DNA of 64,000 bases from Elsinoe ampelina. Lineage: Eukaryota. A program made the translations under genes and the position numbers. The notes beneath the pieces were generated by a model. That model saw nothing but the letters and a program-made list of their open reading frames with translations. It made no database searches and was not told where the DNA came from. Numbering within the stretch: position 1 is the stretch's first letter; each line of letters opens with the position of its first letter. The stretch spans positions 939,831 to 1,003,830 of the forward strand of contig ML992512.1 of the NCBI GenBank assembly GCA_010093995.1, in the 5' to 3' direction. Below are positions 1 through 12,246 of the stretch, one piece after another.

Positions 1-686
1 GGGAGCCTGTATACACACAGCACCCTAGACGTCCACCAAAACCGTTCCCTGGATCCATTGCTTATAGCAGATACATCCCCGAGATCGGCCAACACTTTTC
101 TCTTGAGGTCATTGACTGGCAAAATCAGGAGCATTTGAGACTGTTCAATGCATGGCAGAACGACCCTCGAGTAGCCAAGGGCTGGAATGAGACGGGCAGC
201 CTGGACCATCATCGGGACTATCTGAGAAGGCTGCACTTCGACCCTCATGTTTTGTGCCTATTTGGAAGATTCGATCAAACTCGCTTCTCCTACTTCGAGC
301 TATACTGGTCTCGCGAAGATCATTACGGCGCCCACTATCGAGCAGGTGATTTCGATCGAGGTCGACACTCTTTAGTTGGCGACGCCTCCTTCCGGGGATC
401 TCACCGTGTCAACGCTTGGTACTCCAGTTGCATACACTTTTGCTTCCTCGACGAACCTCGCACTGCGAACGTGGTAGGAGAGCCGAGAGCGACCGGTGGA
501 ACAATCTTGTCGTACGAGAATGCCCAGGGTCTCACGATTGGACATTACGTTGACCTTGGTCACAAGCGATCTGTGCACTCGATCTGCAGCCGCCAGAAAT
601 GGTTTCAGCTATGTCCTTTATTTTGGGATGGCCGCGTCAAACCGCAGGAATCCGCCGATCGTATGGCGTGGGATGCAAAGTTGTAG
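1..686 (+). CDS. sidF: Hydroxyornithine N-acyltransferase (SidF/IucB-like GNAT), 3' part; 5' end is outside the window
   Basis: Reading frame is open from the window start. [38 protein letters not shown] and DLGHKRS are typical of IucB/SidF acyltransferases. Ends in a PTS1-like AKL and lies next to a siderophore NRPS. Confidence 0.85.
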   Translation, partial: EPVYTQHPRRPPKPFPGSIAYSRYIPEIGQHFSLEVIDWQNQEHLRLFNAWQNDPRVAKGWNETGSLDHHRDYLRRLHFDPHVLCLFGRFDQTRFSYFELYWSREDHYGAHYRAGDFDRGRHSLVGDASFRGSHRVNAWYSSCIHFCFLDEPRTANVVGEPRATGGTILSYENAQGLTIGHYVDLGHKRSVHSICSRQKWFQLCPLFWDGRVKPQESADRMAWDAKL

Positions 687-1124
687 ACTTACCAAGAACC
701 AAGGTTCTCAATGCATGAATGTCAGGCGGCGTAGATTTGTGTCCCGCCGCCCCACAGCTCGGGTTTTCCCTAGCGAAGCATTAAGCTTTTACCCTACCTT
801 CTGCCTCCTGCCTTTTCTACAACAGTTTCGGAAACGATGCACAAACGACGCCGGAAGATGTGTTCGCCGATGTCGCTTGTGGAGCCTCACATGTCATCCT
901 CGATTTGCTACCGAACAGCAAACGAACAAGGATGGTACGGAGTACCAAGTCTTCAGCATGCGGGTGTGCTGCGCGAGGCTCTTGGGACTCATCCGCTGTT
1001 TCACTGAACTCCACGGTCTGGGATCAAAAGTCCATTGTTCTCGAGTGCCAGTCCATCGTACTCATTCTACTTCCACCAAAATCAGTACTCCCCAGCCTGA
1101 TCTGACTCTGGATTGGGCGACCTG

Positions 1125-4100
1125 ATGCGGATGTCGACAGGCAGCACCATGAATCTGGACGCTGACGGCAGTACGGTGACAAAACATCATGTCTCAGGCT
1201 TCTCTCAAATTGATATACCGGGATCACAATCTCCGCGAGTGCAATTACTGCTTCTTGCATGGCTTTCAACAGTGTTGAGATCGAAGAATACCGACGATGT
1301 TGAAGTTTATTGGACCATTCGGACCACCACATACTCACACCATTACGAGACTACGGAACAAGTCTTGCATGCTGCTACCATCCTTGACTCTCTTGAATCA
1401 CGAGTGGAAGAGGCAGCGAAGTTGATATCTGGTGTAGGTCTGGAGCCAATTCATCCTAGTGAACGACTTGTACGATTGAAGACCTTCCTAAATCCGGGGA
1501 CAGATTCGGATTCCGAAAGGCAGGTAAGTAATCTTCTGCCCAATGCCAGAGGATCCTACTGATTTGAGCCAGCCTGATCTGGAGGTGACGGTTCTGTTCG
1601 AACAGGATGACCTTGACATCGATTGTTGTATAAACAGTCATGACGCACGCAGATGGATATCCACACACTATGTCCACTGCTTCTTGGAAACCCTGGAAAG
1701 CTTCATCAAAGACTCAAGGGTCACATTGGCAGAATGTCTCCGCTGCACAGATCATGACATGACTGCGATTTGGAGCTGGAACAAAGTCTTACCAGATCTT
1801 CGAAAACTCTGCATGCAAGACATCATCGCAGATCAAGCAGCTGACTATCCAAACAAGCCGGCAATAGACTCCTGGGACGGTCGGCTCACTTACGCAGAAG
1901 TCGACCTGTACTCCTCTTATACGGCGACAATGTTAGTAGCGCGAGGCGTGCAACCTCACAGCTTTGTCCCAATCTGCTTCGAGAAGTCCAAATGGGCAAC
2001 AGTAGCTATACTTGCAGTCATGAAAGCCGGTGCGACTTTTGTCATGGTCGACCCATCACTGCCCCTGACCAGACTCCAAAATATAGCCACCCAGGTCAAT
2101 GCAGAGATCGTCATCGCCTCAGTACCGCAGCAGGACTTTGCAAGATCGATATTGCCAGACGGACAAGTGATCACACTTTCCGATGATACCTTCAACAATC
2201 CACTGCTCGCAGTGGAGAAACTCCCTACGGTTGATTCTTCGACGATCATGTATCTGATATTCACATCTGGCAGTACCGGCACGCCAAAAGGCGTGATGAT
2301 CTCGCATGAGACTTATACTAGTAGTGCTTTTCCTCGAGCCAAGGCTGTCGGGTACAATGCATCTTCTAGAGTGCTCGACTTTGCATCTTATGCGTTCGAT
2401 GTCTCAATCGACAGCATGCTCTTGACGCTCGCCAACGGGGGATGCCTCTGCATACCCTCAGATCAAGAACGTATGGACGATATCAATGGAGTCATTCGGC
2501 GAATGCAGGTGAACTACGCAGGGTTGACGCCATCAGTTGCTAGGATCTTGGATCTTGATGTTATTGCTTCCATGCAGGCCCTGGGTCTTGGAGGAGAACC
2601 ATCATCGGTTCAAGAGGTCAATCACTGGGGTCAGTACACGAGAATCGTCATCGGTTATGGACCGTGCGAGTGTACGATCGGATGCACGGTGAACAGCAGT
2701 GCAGCTACTGCAAGAGACTATATCTCCGTCGGTCCTGGTAATGGAGCAGCTATTTGGATAGTTGATCCCGACGATCATGAGGTCCTGGTTCCAGTGGGCG
2801 CAGTGGGTGAAATCTTGGTCGAAGGCCCCATTGTTGGTCAGGGTTATTTGAATGACAAGAACAAGACTTCTTCTGTTTTTATCGACAGTCCATCATGGTT
2901 GATGGCAGGCCACGGAACGGTGGAAGGACGAATCAGCCGGTTGTACAAGACTGGGGATCTCGGCAAATATGACCCAGATGGATCTGGCAGCATTGTATTT
3001 GTGGGACGCAAAGACACTCAAGTCAAACTCCGAGGCCAAAGGGTGGAGCTGGGTGAGATCGAAAGTCAGCTTCGATCTTCATTGGGCTCCGATATGGGCG
3101 TTGTCGTCGACATTATCAGTGGAGTAGGCACTGGAACCTCACAGACTCTGGTGGCATTTGTCACGTCCAAGTCCCGGACTGTCCATAGTCGTGACGAAGT
3201 GTCGCTTTCAGTTCTGGACCACGACACTGAGGAGCGATTGTCCGCAGCTGACAAGTATATCCGCACGGTCCTTCCTCGCTACATGATTCCGGTCGCCTAC
3301 ATTCCAGTAACCCACATTCCCGCTCTGATATCGGGTAAAGTTGATAGGAAGCAACTGAAACAAGTCGGAGCTCTTGTTGATTTGCAGAAACTCGGACAGA
3401 GCAGTAAAGGTCGCGAAGTTGGCCAAGCCGGTGAGCAGGAACTACTCCTCCGCTCGTTTTGGGCCAAGGTGCTCGACTTGGACGAAACCAGCATACAAGG
3501 GGACGCCAATTTCTTTTCGTTAGGGGGTGACTCAGTTACTGCCATGAAGCTTTCGTCGATGTGCCGCGCCGACGGTCTGACACTTTCTGTGTCACAAGTT
3601 GTCACACAACCGTCTTTATCGAACATGGCCAATTGCCTTAGCAGGGCAGCGAGAGATCAGGATACGCCTGTCAAGCCCTTCTCTCTACTATCAAGGCCTC
3701 TCTCCGAAGCTTGCAAGTTGGCAGCGAGGATCTGTAACTGTGACGCCGAAAATATCCACGACATATATCCTTGTACTCCAACACAGGAGTCATTATTTAC
3801 ATTCTCACTCAAATCGGAGATACCATACGTTGCACAACGAATCGCTCGTATACCAGATCACATCGGTACGGACGACTGGAAAGCAGCTTGGGACGCTGTC
3901 GTTCGTGAGGTACCAGTGCTACGCACCAGAGTTGCACAGGTACAAGAGTCAGGCCTACAGCAGATTGTCTTGGGATCGGGTATTCAATGGCATCATGCTA
4001 GTAGTCTGTCCGAGTACCTACAGCAGGACCGGGAAACGCCAATGGATCTCGGGCAGAAACTCGCCAGATTTGCCATCATCGAGGACGCACAGTCTCATGA

Positions 4101-7100
4101 GCGACAGATGGTCTGGACCATCCACCATGTTGTCTATGATGGCTGGTCAGAGCCGCTGATTCTCGGTATGGTGGAATCAGTATTGACCGCAAAGCCTCTG
4201 CAACAACCGACGCAGATGAAGCATTTTGTCAGACATGTCGGCAGCATTAATGATGGTGAGATGCGAGAATTCTGGAGAAATGAACTCGCCGGAGCTATAG
4301 GACCACAATTTCCGCCTCTACCACATCGCGACTATGTCGCTCATCCCTCACAGCGAGTAGAACGAGAGATTTTGATCTCTGACAATCTTGGACCGTATAC
4401 TCTACCGGTGTTGATACGTGGTGCTTGGGCTCTTGTTACTTCACGATTTTCTGGCAATCATGACGTTGTATTCGGCGAGACCCTCGCGGGTCGGGACATC
4501 TCTCTCATGGGAGCAGAGAGCATCATTGGTCCTATGATCGCCACCATACCAATCCGCGTCAAGGTTGACTGGTCAATATCAGTGGAAGACCACTTGAAAC
4601 AAATACAGCGGGATATGGCCAGTCGATCACCATATCAACATATGGGTATGCAGAACATAAGAAAGGTCAGCCCTGATGCTCAGATTGCTTGCGGTACCGG
4701 AACAGGTCTCGTAATCCAGCTGGAACCCAAGACCAACGCAAGTCAGCTCGGATTCGAGAGCAGCGACCCTGTCGTTGAGGCTTTACATTTCAACCCATAT
4801 CCACTCATGTTGGCTTGCGGAATCTGCCAAGGTGGGTTTCGTGTAATTGCCGACTTCGATGACAACCTCGTGAACTTGGATCAGATGGAACGTATGTTGA
4901 GCCAGCTTGAGGTGGCTTGCCACGCCATGATCAGGAATCATCAAATTCGCCTCGGCGAGATTGATTACATGCCGGAGCAGGAACTAGACCGGATCTGGAA
5001 ATGGAATGCCGCACCACCTTTACAATGGTACAGTGACTATGACACATTTGGTGCAGCACCAGAGGTCCTCACTGGCTCATCTTATCCGCAAACAACGGTT
5101 CCCTGGGTTTGCCAACTCGACAGCTCATCACGTCTGGCACTCATTGGCACGGTCGGAGCGCTCTGGTTGGAGGCTGCTCAGCTCCCAGGGCAGTTCGTCG
5201 ACACTCCAGCATGGCTCAAGCATGGCAGTGACACTGTTTCAGGCCGAGACGGTCGAATGTATCCCACGAGCGATATTGTGAGACTGAACGATGATGGCAG
5301 CCTCACTTTCATCCGACGAAGAGAGGAAGTCTTGCAGGCCAATGGCTATAGTATTGATGTTGGTCAGTTGCACGCGTATGCCTTGCGATATCTAGGCTCT
5401 TCGTTCGAAGTGTTGGTCGGTGTTCATTGTGATCGAAGTACGAAGATCGAGACTTTGATAATGCTGGTCGGAGAGCGAAGTCGTCGAAAGCCATCAGGAG
5501 AGACATTTGCCACACCAACACAAATTGACTCGCCGGTCTCGTCACCCCGCCGTGGATCACCACTATCGACAGCGGAGCTCAATTTGGATTTGATCCAGAG
5601 ACTCAGAGATCTCGACCAAGCCATCTTAGACTCATTACCGCCATATATGGTTCCATACACCTACGTACGGGTGGACACACTTCCCTCAGCATCGGAGATG
5701 ACCAGCCAACTCTCTCGAAATGAGCTCATCTCACGGTTCTCGAGTGAAACGATCTCCAAGATCCGTCAGAATCTCACAGCAGAATGGGGAAAACTTGCGG
5801 CCGCTGCGTGTCTAAGTGCGGAACAACGTATACTCAGAACTGCTTGGTCGGTCATTCTGGGGGTTACTGAAGACAGTATCAGCCTGAACGACAATTTCTT
5901 TCGTATGGGAGGAGATTCGGTCCTGGCCATGAAACTAGTGTCCCTACTCCGCTCTCAGGGATATTCCCTTAGTGTTGCAGACATTTTTCAGCATATGAGA
6001 TTGCAAGACGCTGCACGGCAGATCAGATCCACTTCTCCTCCTAAGACGGCCAAGGATGAGTATGTGCCTCTGTCATTGATACCGCCGAAGCTTCGTGATC
6101 ATTTCCAGGACATTTTCAAGCCAAAAATTGACCACGCGCACTGGATCATTCGGGATATCAGCCCAGTCTCCGATTCACAAGCATTGGATATCAGGGCGAC
6201 GGTCGAGAGTCCGTGTACATCGTACCAATATACGATCTTACGCTTCTCTCAGGACATTGACCGAGGCAGGCTCACTGCAGCCCTACAGAAACTGATCCAA
6301 TTGCATGAGATCCTCCGAACTGTCTTTTTCGAGTACGATTCTGTACTCTACCAAGCGGTGCTGGATCATGTTCAAATACCTGTCACGGAGTGTCGAACAC
6401 CAAATCAGGACCGGTGTACCATTTCAGAAATGTGCAGGGAAGACATTGACCTCGGTTTCGAGCTTGGCTCCCCGTTCACCAGATTACGAATCTGCGATTC
6501 TGGTACTGGACCATTCACCCTGATTATCGGTTTATCTCACGCCCAATACGATGGCGTTTCGCTTCCAATGCTTCTCAAAGACCTCGCAGACCTTTACTCA
6601 GGGAGTGAGCCGAGCCAACCTCGATCCTTTGTCCATTACATGGCGCGCATCTTGAGTCCTACTGCACAAGCGGAAGCTATCAGTTACTGGCGATCAGTTC
6701 TCATGGGCTCTCAAGTATCGGTCCTACCAGCTAGCGGTCATGAGCCGTCAGAACGAGCAGTCTTTAAAAGCAGCCCAGTTCGTCTGGGCTGGGAAAACAA
6801 GGACACCACCCAAGCTACTCTCTTATGCTCCGCATGGGCGCTGGTACTATCCCGGCGGATCGCTGCGACAGATATTACATTTTCGTTCATCACTTCAGGC
6901 CGGACCTTGTTGGATACCGGCGAATCTCCGACAGCGGGGCCGTGCTACCAGTTTACTCCCCTTCGGGTCCATCTCGACTCTCACTGGAAGGCCTCCAATC
7001 TTTTACGCACAGTACAAAAGCAGATGATGCAGTCTCAGGCTTATGATTATCTCGGATTTGAGAAGCTCAAGGAGAATTGCACGTCCTGGCCAGATGAGAC

Positions 7101-7350
7101 AAAATTCTTCGATTCCGTCGTGCATTATCAAGACGCTGGGGAAGATTATGACGAGATTGACTTCGCGGGGACTAACTGTCAGGTCGATGCTATCAAGCCT
7201 CATGGGGATTCAGCACGGCCGTGGAAGATTGTGAGCTTCGTCAAGGGTGGAACAACCCACGTCGGCGTAGTTGGCGGCGAGGAGAATGAAGTTCTGGTAG
7301 GAGAGTTGTTGGAAGAAATGGTGCAAGCCATGACAGAGCTGAGTCTATGA
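1125..7350 (+). CDS. NPS6: Extracellular siderophore NRPS (NPS6/SidD type), A-T-C-degenerate A-T-C; exons 1125-1523 and 1573-7350
   Basis: A domain (FTSGSTGTPKG, YGPCE, YKTGDL, QVKLRGQRVELGEIE), T (FFSLGGDSV), C (HHVVYDGWS), partial A, T (FFRMGGDSV), C (SHAQYDGVS). A phase-0 intron GTAAGT...CAG at 1524-1572 joins an upstream exon in frame. Confidence 0.9.
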
Positions 7351-7814
7351 AGCATTGCTGCAGGTCCTTCGAATCGTCATCCATAGCTGCACGGTGCATG
7401 GAAGCTCTTCCCCCCTTTGGCTTCTTCCATGTGATGCGTTTTCTGAGCTGGGCTATTGCTCGACATGTTTCAACATCTTGTCTGATTGTGTGATGAGCTG
7501 ATGGATAAGTAATCTATCATCGACTCAGCAAGGTCACAAGATGTAGCAATAGCGCCAGTCGCAAAAGCGACTGCTGACAGTGCTCTAGCGTATTTTGCCC
7601 CCAAGAGAATCGGTCAGGCCCGAGTACCCACCATGAGTGGAGCACTTGACAATGCGTCCTGGTTGCTGCGCGATACGAGGAGTATCGGCTAGGAAGTTGT
7701 TCCGGACGAGAAACTATGACGTGCAAGGAGATGAGCTACCGGCCCCGGGGGACATGTGATTTCCGCGACTAGGAAACTTTCCGCGGACCCATGCAACAAC
7801 TAACCGAGCCGATG

Positions 7815-7843
7815 ATCTGATTAGATGATGAGGGTCTGATAAG
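7815..7843 (+). promoter_or_regulatory. Paired SreA-like GATA elements upstream of the SidA-like gene
   Basis: ATCTGATTA (7815-7823) and GTCTGATAAG (7834-7843), each one mismatch from the SreA consensus ATCWGATAA. Confidence 0.55.
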
Positions 7844-8288
7844 ATTGAAACTCGGCCCAAAGAGGGGCCTGGCGGGCGCTAACGCGCCTTGTCCGTCATA
7901 CGCGAATTTTCGTCACCTTGGTACGTACCCACCATTATTAGTACATGTACCACGTTTGAGTGGGTTTCTACAAGCTCCGATGAGCACGGTCAAGCATGCC
8001 TTTGGTCGCCTCAAATGTTCCTAGCAAGAATGTTTGGCTAAGGGCAGGCTGACCAAGTAATCTAGGCGCCGCGATCGGCCACCTCCTAGGCCATTCCGTG
8101 GCAACTACCTTTCGATATGGCCCGCCCGCTGGTGCCCACAAGGAATTCTCATAGCAAAGAAGTAAACTGCTCGGTCAATCAAAAGGGCCGCTCCACCGAG
8201 TCCCTCTGCTCCCATCCGCTGCGACAACACGTTCCATTCCTATCCGTCTCACCCGGGTCGACGGGACGCTTACTCCTGATCAACTTCC

Positions 8289-9757
8289 ATGTCGGAGAAC
8301 GAGTCGGCCATGCACGGCCAGGTGTTTGACCTGGTAGTGCTCGGTCTCGACCCCTCTTCGCTCGCCGTGGCGGCCCAATTAGTCGACCAAAGACCTGGAC
8401 TCAGAGTCAAGATACTCAACGAGAACGACAGCTTCGAGTGGCGGCCAGCCAATGCATTATCAGAGAGCAGACTACAAACGACTTTCATGCGAGACTTGAC
8501 TACCACGAGCAATCCCCGCTCCTCGTTCACATTCCTCAACTATCTACATCGAAAGGGTCGACTTGTGAACTTCATCAATGTATCGAAGATCAACCCAATG
8601 GTACTTGAGATGCGAGACTATCTCTCTTGGGTTGTCGAGGAGATTGAGAAGCTGGGATGGATCGAGCACGGCAAGAGGATCCTGCGGGTGGAACCACTCC
8701 ACGCTCCGACCGCACATGGAGTTGAGATGTTTAGCATCAGATATAAAGACATCCATGACGGCAACCAAAGTACGATTCTGACCAAGAAGCTTGTCCTGGT
8801 CAATGGGAAAGCTGCAGAATTACCGGCTCCATTTCGGTCACCCGCATTGAGGCACCTGGTCAGCGATACCAGTAGTCACCGTGGTTTTGACTCTTCTCCA
8901 ATATTCGCAACAGGACACATAGCGATCGTTGGGTGTTCCCAAGAAGCAGCCGAGATATACAAAGAATTGCAGAGCAAACAGACGCACCTTCAGGTCACCT
9001 GGTTCATACAGGAGCAGCATCTCCGACCAAAGGAAGTGACAGCCTTGTAGGTATCATACAAAATTGGACTTGGTATCACCCCTTGGCTCACAAGACCACA
9101 GTACACAACTCTCTATTGACGACCCAAGTCCTGAAATGGCCAATTATCCTCCAGAGCTACGGCAGCAGCTGAGCTATGACACGTCTAGCGCCTCTCGCAT
9201 CTCACCAGCTCTGTTAGATTGGCTCTATGAATCGGAATACTTACGCCCGCTTGAGGATACGTCCTATGCCGATCGTCAACATGGTATCAAAACATCGATC
9301 CAGGTGGTGGGTGCGGAGCTCGACAAGCGTTCGACTGGTGACAAAGTGTGGCTCCTCCTCAAAGATAGCAATGACGGCATAGTGAAGCGATCTGAGGGCA
9401 CATTCGATCACATCATTGCCGTGCCACAAGCACATTCTAACATTACAAGTCAGACTACATCGGGTCTTGTGTATCTGACAGAGAAAGGTAGACTGGACGT
9501 TGATAGGGATTACGGGATCAACTTCGCCCGCAGGTCACTGCAGAAAGATTGCGGCGTGTGGCTGCTTGGGTCGCTGCCTCAGATGGTGAGTAGTACTGCA
9601 TAGAATGCGGCTAAACAGAGCAGAGATTAACGACAAATAGCTTGAAGGGGATGTTTTCCTTCATCTCGCGGAGCAAGGCCAACGAGTGTCCTCTGCTATT
9701 CTCAACAAGATTGGAGCAGAAGAGAATGACGAGATTCCCATCTCATCTGTTCTTTGA
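8289..9757 (+). CDS. L-ornithine N5-monooxygenase (SidA/IucD)-like protein with degenerate FAD/NADPH motifs; exons 8289-9046, 9102-9585, 9641-9757
   Basis: QTTFMRDL..NPRSSFTFLNYLHRKGRLVNF is the SidA hallmark segment. Two canonical GT-AG introns restore one continuous frame. Glycine-rich motifs are altered (GLDPSS, GCSQEA). Confidence 0.8.
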
Positions 9758-9866
9758 GGTCAGGTTCTGAATGTGAAGCTGTCAATAATGAGACGTCAAG
9801 CTAGAGGCTTTCCATGCCACGACATGGACACTTGTCGAGGCTTTTACTAGATAGCAATGATGAACC

Positions 9867-10264
9867 ATCTGATAAGCGATGGAGGCCCAATCTTTCTGCG
9901 GGCACGATTCTGTGTCCAACGTTTCCCGCGGGGATACGAGCATCCGCCTAGATCCGAGCATACCTTATGATCGACGTGCTCTTGACTAATCAGATGGAGA
10001 AGTTTCTAGGGTGTAAGTTAACCCTAAACTTGGTGAGGGTGCTCGCTTCCCTTGTTCCTGGGGGATGCTCGTTTGATGAGTCGTATCCCCGCGGAGAAGG
10101 TTATGCCGAGTCACATTATTTATTGTCCTGCCTCTTTCCGACGATCGATCAAATTCATGGATGTGACTCTCCATTCAGGGCAACGCCACATGGTGGAGCC
10201 TTTTGCACGCTAGCGGGCCCACACAGACTTGGTCGACCGACCACATGTCAAAGTTTTATCAGAT
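9867..10264. promoter_or_regulatory. SreA (iron-repressor GATA factor) sites in the sidI promoter
   Basis: Perfect ATCTGATAA at 9867-9875 (+) and 10256-10264 (-, TTATCAGAT); near-match TAATCAGAT at 9987-9995. Confidence 0.75.
9918..10102. repeat. Imperfect ~185-bp inverted repeat (foldback)
   Basis: CCGCGGGGATACGA (9926-9939) is the reverse complement of 10081-10094; ACGAGCATCC (9936-9945) pairs with 10063-10072; CGAGCA (9955-9960) with TGCTCG (10040-10045); AAGTTT(CT)AGGGT (10000-10012) with ACCCTAAACTT (10021-10031). Confidence 0.7.
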
Positions 10265-10479
10265 CACACCAAGTGGGTCCAAGGCGATCACGTCCGAGTA
10301 ACTTATGACATGGCGTGCAGATATTGCTAAACACGAGGGAAGTGGTGTGAGGGTCAGCACGACTGTGGCCCGATGATCGGCCATGTCAAGAACGAATGGA
10401 CCCATCATCAGCCATGTTGCTGGCTCGGTCCTGCTCCAAGCTCAACGAGCACAGCCAAGTCAACAACACCTTCTTGACA

Positions 10480-12246
10480 ATGGAGACGGTCTCTCTCGAG
10501 ACGTCTGCTGCAAACCAGCTTTCCCTACTCCACGGACCATCTTACCCACCGCTGATTGATCTCACCCTTGGCTCATTCCTGGACCATCAATGCCGGTTCT
10601 ATGGCAATGCCGAGTGTTTGATAGTCCCGTGGACAGACTCGAGATGGACCTATAACGACCTCAAGAGCCACAGCCGTCGACTGGCTCGATATCTGGTGAG
10701 CAAAAACATCAAACGCGGAGACCGAGTTGCGATTCTGGCTGGCAATTGCTCGGAATATGTCTCGGTCTTCTTCGCATGCGTGAGGATAGGAGCAATACTG
10801 GTCATACTGAACAACACTTACACACAGAGTGAAGTCCTGTATGCTTTGCAGTATACTGAGTCCAAGATTCTGTTTGCCACGCGGCAAGTCGGAAAGCTGG
10901 ACCACACTGGAATGCTTCGCAAATTCGCATCTCCTTCGAGCTCTCTGCCCGCACTCGGAAGTGTGATAATCCTACGTGGCGAGATGACAGGCTTGCCGAC
11001 ATACACACAAGCATTGCGTCTTGGATCCGACATGGACGATGGCGTGTTGGAACAGATAGAGACGGACCTGAGCCCTCACGATGTCTGCAATCTCCAATTC
11101 ACCAGTGGAAGCACTGGCGACCCGAAGGCCGCCATGCTCACGCATCACAATCTACTGAATAACGCCCGCTTCATAGGGGACCGGATGGAGCTGACAACCC
11201 GAGACATTCTCTGTTGTCCTCCACCACTGTTCCACTGCTTTGGGCTGGTCCTTGGCTTACTTGCCGTCATGACCCATGGTGCCAAAGTGGTCTATCCATC
11301 CGAAACATTCGACCCCAGCGCTGTCCTCAGGGCCATCTCTGCAGAGAAGTGTACGGCTCTGCACGGTGTTCCTGCCATGTTCGATAGCATACTTGGCCTT
11401 CCCCGACCAGCCAACTTCGATTGTTCTCAGCTTCGCACCGGTATCATAGCCGGGGCCCCAGTCCCTCGGTATCTCATGGAGATGCTTGTGAACGAGCTCG
11501 GCATGTCAGAATTCACCAGCAGTTACGGTCTGCCATGTTCTCTTTCTCTTGCCTTGCTACCATGACTAATCATTCCAGGCCTCACTGAAGCCTCTCCAAC
11601 GTGCTTCAACGCTTTCACCCACGACACCATCGAACGTCGCCTCTCCACTGTCGGCACCCTTCTCCCGCATGCTCATGCCAAGATCATTGACCGCTCCGGC
11701 GCGATTGTGCCCATTGGTACGCGTGGCGAGCTCTGCATAGCGGGCTACCAATTGCAGAAGGGCTATTACAAAAACGCCGTCAAGACGGCAGAGGCAATGG
11801 AGCGCGACGCCGACGGCGTACTTTGGCTCAAAACAGGCGACGAGGCAATGTTCGACCGGGAGGGCTACTGCTCCATCACGGGGCGCTTCAAAGACATCAT
11901 CATCAGGGGTGGGGAGAACATCTACCCACTTGAGATTGAGGAGAGACTTACCGCCCACGAGAATGTGGATAGAGCCGTGGTAGTCGGAGTGAGCCATATG
12001 AAATACGGCGAAGTAGTTGGTGCCTTTCTGCAGGCGACAAAGGGGGGAAGGAAGCCGAGCGATGATGAGCTGAGGGTTTGGGTGAGGGAGAAGCTCGGGT
12101 GGCACAAGGCGCCGCAGTACGTCTTTTGGATGGGCGAGAAGGGCGTCCCCGCGGAGATTCCGGTCACGGGAAGCGGGAAAGTGAAGAAATACGAAATGAG
12201 AAAGCTCGCTGAGGCATTGGTTTCGCCGACCAAGTCGAAGCTTTGA
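10480..12246 (+). CDS. sidI: Mevalonyl-CoA ligase (SidI-like acyl-CoA synthetase); exons 10480-11527 and 11579-12246
   Basis: AMP-binding QFTSGSTGDPK, PPPLFHCFG, YGLTEASP across intron 11528-11578, WLKTGD, RFKDIIIRGGENIYP. C-terminal SKL; siderophore cluster context. Confidence 0.8.

Noticed and set aside
10019..10027. TAACCCTAA, matching the telomerase RNA template of filamentous ascomycetes
   Set aside because: A 9-mer is not unlikely in 64 kb. It lies in a ~700-bp promoter too short for a typical fungal TER, no pseudoknot is evident, and it is explained as one arm of the local palindrome.
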